A stretch of 64,000 nucleotides of DNA from assembly GCA_040954595.2 (NCBI GenBank), contig CM082598.2, positions 6,401,097-6,465,096 on the forward strand. The letters run 5' to 3'. The notes below the pieces were generated by a model that worked only from the letters and a program-made list of their open reading frames with translations, was not told where the DNA came from and searched no databases. Position numbers and translations under genes: made by a program. Shown here one piece after another: positions 53,014 to 64,000 of this stretch; the stretch's first letter is position 1, and every line of letters begins with the position of its first letter. This stretch comes from Balanoglossus misakiensis. Its lineage: Eukaryota; Animalia; Hemichordata.

Positions 53014-53373
53014 ATATTTCTCAAATTGTCTTTTTTGTTCTTGAAATTCCTGGAAATGATACGCCTCTTGAAATTTATGGAGAAGAAATGTCTAATTTCA
53101 CTAAGAGTGCCGTTACTGGTTTTGTATAAATTTCTGTTCTCCTGTTGCCCTTTGGAGATCTTGCTGTTTTGTCTTGGAGAAGAGTAATTGCGTTGTCTTT
53201 GTTTTCTCACACTATGATGTCATCATTTGTTATTCAAATTGATATGATCATATTTTGTCTTCATAATTCGTCATTAATGAAGATTTCAATGTTTTCCTTT
53301 TATATTACTGTTGTTTATGATTGCATTTTGAGACTATTTTGATGAAAGAAGTTTTGCTTGTTGAATGTTACAG

Positions 53374-53472
53374 GTTCTCATCGATGCCGCACGGAGTGGT
53401 AATGTTGCAAAGATTCAGTCGCTGATAGATGATGGATATGATGTCAATGCAAGGGGTAAATACCTAGGAAGG
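53374..53472 (+). CDS. Ankyrin-repeat exon (99 bp, phase 0)
   Basis: ttacag|VLIDAARSGNVAKIQSLIDDGYDVNARGKYLGR|gtaagt. Confidence 0.9.
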
Positions 53473-54130
53473 GTAAGTGTTCGTATTGACCAATGTTTGA
53501 TACAGAGTCATCGCTCAGGGCTAGCGTTTGATATTTTATTTTTCACATGCAGTGCACGCGAGAGCTGAAAAAAATGTGCTTGAAACTGTATTTCAATTAC
53601 GTGCAACAAAATAACTTTAGACAGCTTGGGTTTCTTGTAAGTAAAAACTTTTAATTATAGAAATATCTTTTTAAAACAACGAATTTTGTTGAAATAAAGT
53701 GGATTCTTGATGCAAAAAAGATATTCCTAATGTCAATTCTTCCACAAAAGATAAACTTACAGACACGGAGATGTCTGCTGCAAACAGTTTGCACAATGTT
53801 GAATGCGCCCTCAACCAATATTTTCTACGTATTTTTAGGGTCAACTATGTCATTTCAAGTTCTCTGTGGCAGGAATTAATTCTCAACTGGGGCATTTTTT
53901 AAGGTCCATCGCACTTTCCTGTTTGCAAATACACCATTGCAGTTTGCCACACCGCTTTCTATAGCACCCATGATGCTGTTACTGTAATAGCACTAGCTGA
54001 ATTACATTGAACAAAAGAAATACTGTAGACTGACACCATTTTCACACTGGGTGAGACTAGAAACATTTCAGAGACACTGTATGTCATTTGTAATCACAGA
54101 TGATGAAACTTTTGTACTGGTTTGTGTCCT

Positions 54131-54176
54131 CACACACACACACACACACACCACACACACTCACACACAAACACAC
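54131..54176. repeat. (CA)n microsatellite
   Basis: Seen directly in the sequence. Confidence 0.9.
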
Positions 54177-54636
54177 AAAGTTAAAGCATAGACCTGGAAC
54201 TAGATCGCCCCATAGATAATGTGTTGTGGAGAGATGTTAATCCTTTACACCACAGGTTTGGCCAGCAAAAACTGTCACAAATCTGAAATGTTCCACGACC
54301 ACTTTAACTGTTCACATGTAATATTTTATGCCAGCATTTGACCAGAGACGTTTCAGAAAAATTTCAATGGTCTCTGTGTGAACGCCATATGAGTGACTGG
54401 CTTTTCACACAACAATAACACTGAATCAACTAGATTTCTATGAACTCCCAAAATACCACACACTCCCAAAGTGATATCACAACATCACATTTAGATTGTC
54501 CAAAAACAGACCTACACTAGCCCACAAATATAAATAATCTCAATTCAGCGCGGAATGTTTCATTAACAGTTCCAGTTTTACCCAGTGTGAACATAGAATC
54601 AGTCTACAGTTTTGTTCAATGTGGTTCAACCACATG

Positions 54637-54813
54637 CAGTAAAACCTGTCGAAATGGAACATGCCGTATCTGGAAAACTGTCTATAATGAACACATTTTC
54701 CTGTCCCCTTGACATAGAACCACATGTTTAAAGAACCTTTACAAACCGGAAACGTCTGTAAACTGAACAATTTCTTCTGTCTCTTTGGTGTTCGGTTTAG
54801 GCAGGTTTTACTG
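54637..54813. mobile_element. pogo/Tigger-like MITE
   Basis: TIR cagtaaaacctg...caggttttactg; the TA TSD has decayed. Confidence 0.6.
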
Positions 54814-55085
54814 AACATGTATTTTGGTCATTGAGAATTGTCACTCAACCTCATAAAAAAATTACCATTATTATGATCATTCGCTTTCAAATCAATCTCA
54901 GTCTATTACTGAAATAGCACACCATCTTAAATCAAAACCATTATTACAAGCTTTAAGAGTGACTGAAGCTCATTGTGATGAAATTCCTAGAGTTTCTTCA
55001 TCAAAAGATCAAGCAGTTGACTCACATTTCAAGTATCAGATTGGTGATGTCATTTTTATTCCAACTTTTAACGTCTTCATTGCAG

Positions 55086-55184
55086 GATGGTTCCACAGCA
55101 TTGCACGCCGCATCCAGGGCAGGTGGATTGGATGCTGTCAGGGTGTTGATTAGCCGTGGTGCAGAGGTCAATGCGAAGAATGAG
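55086..55184 (+). CDS. Ankyrin-repeat exon (99 bp, phase 0)
   Basis: ttgcag|DGSTALHAASRAGGLDAVRVLISRGAEVNAKNE|gtacgt. Confidence 0.93.
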
Positions 55185-56043
55185 GTACGTGAACTGACCC
55201 ATTACTTCATTTTGGATAACATGGCCACACTATTGAATAGGTAAAGGAAAGCCTTTTGAAAAGACCTAATTACAACACTATATTATTTACATCCATAATA
55301 ACTTTGCATGATCAAAATTCAATGGGAAGGAACAATCTTACCCCTGAACAAGAAGAGGGAAAGGCCAAAAAGTATTACCCATACTGATTTAGTTTTACTA
55401 ACCATGATACCCTTGGGATCCAGCCATAGGAAGGACAGTGGGACACATTGCACTCTAAATTTAACAATCTTTACAATTTAGCCAAAGATGTTGAACCATA
55501 GTGTATTTGACACAGTTTATTCCGAATGAATAAAGATGTTCCAGAAAGTAAATTTTGATGGATTTTTATGTGTTTAACCAAAGTTCACAAATTTTCATTT
55601 TTTTTCAAGCCATCTCTGAAATTTTGCTGGCAATCCTTTTTTTTAAATCTTCCAGATCCCCTCCATCCTTAGCTAAGCTATGGAGTCTAAAACATCCAAT
55701 GTTAAAAACTATATGATCAGTCAAAGCGTTTTCCTCGCTGTTAGAATCAATTGGGATTCTTCACTGTCATTCTTTGATCTGTATTCATTTTAACAGTCGG
55801 CAATTTTCATTTTGTGTGTGTGGAAGGACTGTGGATTATCCTTTCAAATCAGTCAGTATGCCATTCTTGGTTGTTTTTTACAATATGGCTGATACTTTTG
55901 ATATTTTTTTATTTAGTTGTAGGTTTGTTTGTTTGTTTGTTTACACCTCACATTTAAGTGTTTATTTGTTTGTTTTAAGAAACCTCACATTACATTTCAA
56001 TTTTTGTGACATTGTTCCCATGCTTCTCCTTCATTACTTACAG

Positions 56044-56142
56044 AATGCATCCACCCCTTTGCATTATGCAGCATGGCTTGGTGGTGAAGGCTGTGTCAGA
56101 TTGTTATTGGAACACGAAGCTGATGTGACCATTCAAAACGAG
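56044..56142 (+). CDS. Ankyrin-repeat exon (99 bp, phase 0); the gene probably continues beyond the window
   Basis: cttacag|NASTPLHYAAWLGGEGCVRLLLEHEADVTIQNE|gtaaat. Confidence 0.93.
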
Positions 56143-56245
56143 GTAAATACCAACCTGCCTTCTGCAGGTAAATTCTAAAAGTATGATCTTTCTCAATAGT
56201 GCCATTTCCTCTGTAGTTTGTGTCTGGGATACAATGTATCTATTT

Positions 56246-56880
56246 GTCCATTGTCCTTTGAATCAAAACTACTTCCTCTATTGGTCACGTGTTGTACAGG
56301 CAGGTGTTGACTGATGACGGTCGATGCCAATCCTATCACAGAGAGTATCAGATAGGGCGATTGTCTGTCGGCCTCCAGCATCTGCCAACTCCTGTCTGTC
56401 ACCTAATACAATTCATCATAAAGAGGCGCCATATAATTTGTCACTGTCCTTTGAATCAAAGCTACTCCCTCTATCGGTCACGTGTTGTACAGGCAGGTGT
56501 TGACTGATGACGGTCGATGCCAATCCTATCACAGAGAATATCAGATAGGGCGATTGTCTGTCGGCCTCCAGCATCTGGCAACTCCTGTCTGTCACCTAAT
56601 ACAATTCATCATAAAGAGGCGCCATATAATTTGTCATTGTCCTTTGAATCAAAGCTACTCCCTCTATCGGTCACGTGTTGTACAGGCAGGTGTTGACTGA
56701 TGACGGTCGATGCCAATCCTATCACAGAGAATATCAGATAGGGCGATTGTCTGTCGGCCTCCAGCATCTGGCAACTCCTGTCTGTCACCTAATACAATTC
56801 ATCATAAAGAGGCGCCATATAATTTGTCACTGTCCTTTGAATCAAAACTGCTCCTTCTATCACGGATGGTGTTGTACAGA
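56246..56880. repeat. 193-bp tandem repeat, ~3.3 copies
   Basis: Near-identical ORF starts at 56289, 56482 and 56675; tgtcctttgaatcaaa recurs at the same period. Confidence 0.95.
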
Positions 56881-58621
56881 CACAGGCTAGTATTGTTTCA
56901 TGATGGTGATGTGATTGTCTCTCCTATCTCTAAGACATTTGATCTCCACTGTCAGCAATTTGGAGTTATGAGAAAGGGGGATTGTCTCCAGCATCTGCCA
57001 AAAACTGTCTCGTTGAACATAAGGATGTTGTTGTTTTTTGCATTGTTTATCGTCAATCTTTTGTGGTTTAAATAATAATCTCATTATTGGACTCTGTGGC
57101 ACAGCGATTTCTGTCTGTCCTTCTGTAGACCGATTTTGTTCCACTCATATCTTGAGAGAAATTGAATCCAATGATATGAAATTTTGTATGTAGCATTGTT
57201 ATGATAAGTTCTAGATCTGATAAGATTTTGGTGGGTATGGCTTATTAATAAATTATCCTTTGCATATTTGTGTGTGGTCGAACGTAGAGTCACTACATAC
57301 ACATGTAGAATAACATAAACAGTGTCTTGTATCAAACATAATTAATGGAAAAAGGGAAGCGACAAAGAGACTTTGTCCCTTTAATATTCAGGAGGCTACT
57401 TTTCTTGTTTACGTACACTCTTATAACCATTGGGAATCTTGAGAATGGCTATTACATCAAGTTGACAACCCCCGCACAAGTACATCATGTACATAAACAA
57501 AAATAGTCTGGTGTGTGGAGCCTCCTCCCTTTTTACAGGAAGTACTTTCAAAATACATTTTTTATGCAACCAGTCCACACTCATGATCAGTTTTGTGTCA
57601 GAATTATAGTCATAGCAACATTTCGAGTAAGACTTTACCAGAAGAACTTGTTTTCGTTGCGGCTCTGATTGGGGCCGTTTTAAACCGGGGTTTGTTTGGC
57701 GACTTTTAGGACCGAAGGAGGGAAGCGCAGCCATGGTCACATAACATATGCCATGCGGGGGACTTGCTGGGGTCGGGGGTACTTGTTGACGGTGCCGAGA
57801 GGAGTCAGCCAGATTGAGCTTGTACTTCAGGCCGAATAGTGCAGTGCCGACCCTATTTACCTCTTATAAAATTTATAAAATATGATACATTGTAACACTA
57901 AATTGTTCATTCGGACGATTTTTTTCATCATTCTGAGCAACACAGGGGCGGCGTTTGGATTCCTCTTTCTCTTGGAAATCGCTCAAGCTTATAAAACATG
58001 AGGTCTGTGCGGCTCCGCTCCTCAGGTTCTCATCACTGTCCGTCACTTACCCAATCATTTCAAAGGGGTGATCAAGATGGCCAGAACAGCCAGTTTTAAC
58101 CAACCAGGTTCAAGAACCTGAGAAAAGGTGCTAAAAGCATGCAATAGATATATTGACGAGATAAACATTGGGAACAATAGGATTAAGGGAGGTGTGACTG
58201 GTCCAACCTGTTCAGTTTTAGTGTGGGGCACGGCTGGAATGGTTACACAAATGTCCTTGAAAGTTTGTGCTGCTGTCGCTTTCAATGGAATCTCTTATGA
58301 AGAGTTTTATTACTTTTGTTTTTTCTTGATATGTCATGAAAAGAATGACTGCATTTAGTGTTTCGTTGCATTTAATTTCATTTGCCACACATTCCCATTG
58401 GCCACAGTGTCCACTCAAGTCTTGCTTTCGTTATTAGACTTTTTGATGCAGTGGGAGTGTTAATGTTCTTCAGATGGATTTTTTATGTGAAATTCATTTT
58501 CTTTTATTTAAACACTATTTATACACATAACTAGTGACATCACTGCACAACTCGACTTGATATTGTTGGACCACTCAGTGGAAATTTATTTTAATGATGA
58601 TAGATTTATCGCTTGTCACAT

Positions 58622-61600
58622 AAAATTTCTCTTTAATTTCCCCTTTGATTGACATTGTCCAGTCTGCACAGCTTGGCTACTTTGTGCTGAGAACAGTCTG
58701 ATGCCCTCTTACAGGATATGAACATACTTTGGTTAGCACAGATGTTTGATCTGTTTCTACATAAATCTTCACATCTCTCAAATTTCTCTTTTATTTCCCC
58801 TTTGATCGACATCGTTCAGTCTGCACAGCTTGGCTACTTTGTGCTGAGTACAGTCTGATGCCCTCCTGCAGGAAATAAACATAGTTTGGTTAGCAAAGAT
58901 GTTTTCTTCACATCTCTCAAATTTCTGTTTTATTTCCCCTTTGATCGACATCGTTCAGTCTGCACAGCTTGGCTACTTTGTGCTGAGAACAGTTTGATGC
59001 CCTCCTACAGGAAATATACATAGTTTGGTTAGCACAGATGTTCGATCTGTTTCTACATAAATCTTTACATCTCTCAAATTTCTCTTTTATTTTCCCTTTG
59101 ATTGACATTGTCCTGTCTGCACAGCTTTGCTACTTTGTGCTGAGAACAGTCTGATGCCCTCCTGCAGGAAATAAACATTGTTTGGTTAGCACAGATGTTT
59201 GATCTGTTTCTACATAAATCTTTACATCTCTCAAATTTCTCTTTTATTTCCCCCTTGATTGACATCGTCCAGTCTGCACAGCTTGGCTACTTTGTGCTGA
59301 GAACAGTCTGATGCCCTCCTGCAGGAAATAAACATTGTTTGGTTAGCACAGATGTTTGATCTGTTTCTACATAAATCTTTACATCTCTCAAATTTCTCTT
59401 TTATTTCCCCCTTGATTGACATCGTCCAGTCTGCACAGCTTGGCTACTTTGTGCTGAGAACAGTCTGATGCCCTCCTGCAGGAAATAAACATTGTTTGGT
59501 TAGCACAGATGTTTGATCTGTTTCTACATAAATCTTTACATCTCTCAAATTTCTCTTTTATTTCCCCCTTGATTGACATCGTCCAGTCTGCACAGCTTGG
59601 CTACTTTGTGCTGAGAACAGTCTGATGCCCTCCTGCAGGAAATAAACATTGTTTGGTTAGCACAGATGTTTGATCTGTTTCTACATAAATCTTTACTTCT
59701 CTCAAATTTCTCTTTTATTTCCCCCTTGATTGACATCGTCCAGTCTGCACAGCTTGGCTACTTTGTGCTGAGAACAGTCTGATGCCCTCCTGCAGGAAAT
59801 AAACATTGTTTGGTTAGCACAGATGTTCGATCTGTTTCTACATAAATCTTTACATCTCTCAAATTTCTCTTTTATTTCCCCCTTGATTGACATCGTCCAG
59901 TCGGCACAGCTTGGCTACTTTGTGTTGAGAACAGTCTGATGCCCTCCTACAGGAAATAAACATAGATTGGTTAGCACAGATGTTTGATCTATTTCTACGT
60001 ATAATCTTCACATCTCTCAAATTTCTCTTTTATTTCCCCCTTGATTGACATCGTCCAGTCTGCACAGCTTGGCTACTTTGTGCTGAGAACAGTCTGATGC
60101 CCTCCTGCAGGAAATAAACATTGTTTGGTTAGCACAGATGTTCGATCTGTTTCTACATAAATCTTTACATCTCTCAAATTTCTCTTTTATTTCCCCCTTG
60201 ATTGACATCGTCCAGTCTGCACAGCTTGGCTACTTTGTGCTGAGAACAGTCTGATGCCCTCCTGCAGGAAATAAACATTGTTTGGTTAGCACAGATGTTT
60301 GATCTGTTTCTATATAAATCTTCACATCTCTCTAATTTCTCTTTTATTTCCCCTTTGATTGACATTGTCCTGTCTGCACAGCTTTGCTACTTTGTGCTGA
60401 GAACAGTCTGATGCCCTCCTGCAGGAAATAAACATTGTTTGGTTAGCACAGATGTTTGATCTGTTTCTACATAAATCTTTACATCTCTCAAATTTCTCTT
60501 TTATTTCCCCCTTGATTGACATCGTCCAGTCTGCACAGCTTGGCTACTTTGTGCTGAGAACAGTCTGATGCCCTCCTGCAGGAAATAAACATTGTTTGGT
60601 TAGCACAGATGTTCGATCTGTTTCTACATAAATCTTTACATCTCTCAAATTTCTCTTTTATTTCCCCCTTGATTGACATCGTCCAGTCTGCACAGCTTGG
60701 CTACTTTGTGTTGAGAACAGTCTGATGCCCTCCTACAGGAAATAAACATAGATTGGTTAGCACAGATGTTTGATCTATTTCTACGTATAATCTTCACATC
60801 TCTCAAATTTCTCTTTTATTTCCCCCTTGATTGACATCGTCCAGTCTGCACAGCTTGGCTACTTTGTGCTGAGAACAGTCTGATGCCCTCCTGCAGGAAA
60901 TAAACATTGTTTGGTTAGCACAGATGTTCGATCTGTTTCTACATAAATCTTTACATCTCTCAAATTTCTCTTTTATTTCCCCCTTGATTGACATCGTCCA
61001 GTCTGCACAGCTTGGCTACTTTGTGCTGAGAACAGTCTGATGCCCTCCTGCAGGAAATAAACATTGTTTGGTTAGCACAGATGTTTGATCTATTTCTACG
61101 TATAATCTTCACATCTCTCAAATTTCTCTTTTATTTCCCCCTTGATTGACATCGTCCAGTCTGCACAGCTTGGCTACTTTGTGCTGAGAACAGTCTGATG
61201 CCCTCCTGCAGGAAATAAACATTGTTTGGTTAGCACAGATGTTCGATCTGTTTCTACATAAATCTTTACATCTCTCAAATTTCTCTTTTATTTCCCCCTT
61301 GATTGACATCGTCCAGTCTGCACAGCTTGGCTACTTTGTGCTGAGAACAGTCTGATGCCGTCCTGCAGGAAATAAACATTGTTTGGTTTACACAGATGTT
61401 TGATCTGTTTCTACATAAATCTTTACATCTCTCAAATTTCTCTTTTATTTCCCCCTTGATTGACATCGTCCTGTCTGCACAGCTTGGCTACTTTGTGCTG
61501 AGAACAGTCTGATGCCCTCCTGCAGGAAATAAACATTGTTTGGTTAGCACAGATGTTTGATCTGTTTCTATATAAATCTTCACATCTCCCAAATTTCTCT

Positions 61601-64000
61601 TTTATTTCCCCTCTGATCGACATCGTCCATTCTGCACAGCCTGGCTACTTTGTGCTGAGAACAGTCTAATGCCCTCCTACAGGAAATAAACATAGTTTGG
61701 ATAGCACAGATGTTTGATCTGTTTCTCCATAAATCTTCACATCTCTCTAATTTCTCTTTAATTTCCCCTTTGATTGACATCGTCCAGTCTGCACAGCTTG
61801 GCTACTTTGTGCTGAGAACAGTCTGATGCCCTCTTACGGAAAATAAACAGTTTTGTTAGCACAGATGTTTGATCTGTTTCTACATAAATCTTCACATCTC
61901 TCTAATTTCTCTTTAATTTCCCCTTTGATTGACATCGTCCAGTCTGCACAGCTTGGCTACTTTGTGCTGAGAACAGTCTGATGCCCTCTTACAGGAAATA
62001 AACATACTTTGGTTAGCACAGATGTTTGATCTGTTTCTACATAAATCTTCACATCTCTCTAATTTCTCTTTAATTTCCCCTTTGATTGACATCGTCCAGT
62101 CTGCACAGCTTGGCTACTTTGTGCTGAGAACAGTCTGATGCCCTCTTACAGGAAATAAACATACTTTGGTTAGCACAGATGTTTGATCTGTTTCTACATA
62201 AATCTTCACATCTCTCTAATTTCTCTTTGATTTCCCCTTTGATTGACATCGTCCAGACTGCACAGCTTGGCTACTTTGTGCTGAGAACAGTCTGATGCCC
62301 TCTTACAGAAAATAAACAGTTTTGTTAGCACAGATGTTTGATCTGTTTCTACATAAATCTTCACATCTCTCTAATTTCTCTTTAATTTCCCCTTTGATTG
62401 ACATCGTCCAGTCTGCACAGCTTGGCTACTTTGTGCTGAGAACAGTCTGATGCCCTCTTACAGGAAATAAACATACTTTGGTTAGCACAGATGTTTGATC
62501 TGTTTCTACATAAATCTTCACATCTCTCTAATTTCTCTTTGATTTCCCCTTTGATTGACATCGTCCAGTCTGCACAGCTTGGCTACTTTGTGCTGAGAAC
62601 AGTCTGATGCCCTCCTGCAGGAAATAAACATAGTTTGGTCAGCACAGATGTTTGATCTGTTTCTACATAAATCTTCACATCTCTCTAATTTCTCTTTTAT
62701 TTCCCCTTTGATCGACATCGTCCAGTCTGCACAGCTTGGCTACTTTGTGCTGAGAACAGTCTGATGCCCTCCTACAGGAAATAAACATAGTTTGGTCAGC
62801 ACAGATGTTTGATCTGTTTCTACATAAATCTTCACATCTCTCAAATTTCTCTTTTATTTCCCCCTTGATCGCCATCATCCAGTCTGCACAGCTTGGCTAC
62901 TTTGTGCTGAGAACAGTCTGATGCCCTCCTACAGGAAATAAACATAGTTTGGTCAGGACAGATGTTTGATCTGTTTCTACATAAATCTTCACATCTCTCT
63001 AATTTCTCTTTTATTTCCCCCTTGATTGACATCGTCCAGTCTGCACAGCTTGGCTACTTTGTGTTGAGAACAGTCTGATGCCCTCCTACAGGAAATAAAC
63101 ATAGATTGGTTAGCACAGATGTTTGATCTATTTCTACGTATAATCTTCACATCTCTCAAATTTCTCTTTTATTTCCCCCTTGATTGACATCGTCCAGTCT
63201 GCACAGCTTGGCTACTTTGTGCTGAGAACAGTCTGATGCCCTCCTGCAGGAAATAAACATTGTTTGGTTAGCACAGATGTTCGATCTGTTTCTATATAAA
63301 TCTTCACATCTCTCTAATTTCTCTTTTATTTCCCCTTTGATTGACATTGTCCTGTCTGCACAGCTTTGCTACTTTGTGCTGAGAACAGTCTGATGCCCTC
63401 CTGCAGGAAATAAACATTGTTTGGTTAGCACAGATGTTTGATCTGTTTCTACATAAATCTTTACATCTCTCAAATTTCTCTTTTATTTCCCCCTTGATTG
63501 ACATCGTCCAGTCTGCACAGCTTGGCTACTTTGTGCTGAGAACAGTCTGATGCCCTCCTGCAGGAAATAAACATTGTTTGGTTAGCACAGATGTTCGATC
63601 TGTTTCTACATAAATCTTTACATCTCTCAAATTTCTCTTTTATTTCCCCCTTGATTGACATCGTCCAGTCTGCACAGCTTGGCTACTTTGTGTTGAGAAC
63701 AGTCTGATGCCCTCCTACAGGAAATAAACATAGATTGGTTAGCACAGATGTTTGATCTATTTCTACGTATAATCTTCACATCTCTCAAATTTCTCTTTTA
63801 TTTCCCCCTTGATTGACATCGTCCAGTCTGCACAGCTTGGCTACTTTGTGCTGAGAACAGTCTGATGCCCTCCTGCAGGAAATAAACATTGTTTGGTTAG
63901 CACAGATGTTCGATCTGTTTCTACATAAATCTTTACATCTCTCAAATTTCTCTTTTATTTCCCCCTTGATTGACATCGTCCAGTCTGCACAGCTTGGCTA
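58622..64000. repeat. 157-bp tandem repeat (~34 copies in the window, running off the end)
   Basis: aaatttctcttttatttcccccttgattgacatcgtccagtctgcacag...acatctctc; ORF starts are spaced 157 bp apart. Confidence 0.98.

Noticed and set aside
58917-63976. Dozens of 63-66 aa Cys-containing ORFs
   Set aside because: By-product of a 157-bp unit that is not a multiple of 3; most start at non-ATG codons and overlap each other
1-64000. tRNA, rRNA or prokaryotic operon features
   Set aside because: None recognisable by eye; tRNAscan-SE/Infernal would be needed to exclude them formally

Overview
AT-rich, repeat-dominated eukaryotic genomic DNA, most likely a marine invertebrate (an inference from the TE superfamilies and intron structure); it is not prokaryotic. 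(1) 1-1350: decayed DDE-transposase-like reading frames. (2) About 2.3-39.6 kb: a degenerate tandem array of about 8 copies of a ~3 kb unit. The unit carries minus-strand splice-like signals and is riddled with insertions whose empty sites are visible in sister copies. These are Kolobok-type TTAA MITEs, a Harbinger MITE, Academ elements (one a RecQ-helicase-bearing AcademH deletion derivative nested in a solo LTR), a 5'-truncated L1/Tx1 with TSD, Helentron-like inserts, and three small elements that each carry an internal complement of their own circle junction. (3) About 39.9-56.1 kb: a plus-strand ankyrin-repeat gene with three 99-bp phase-0 exons. Its first coding intron holds a 10.9 kb nested stack: IS3EU-type long-TIR element > split-direct-repeat (Ngaro/PAT-like) gag-only element > 5.6 kb satellite in the putative gag intron > hAT-like element > L1 fragment. 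(4) A 193-bp tandem repeat, then a 157-bp tandem repeat running off the window end. All calls were made by eye; no database searches were run.
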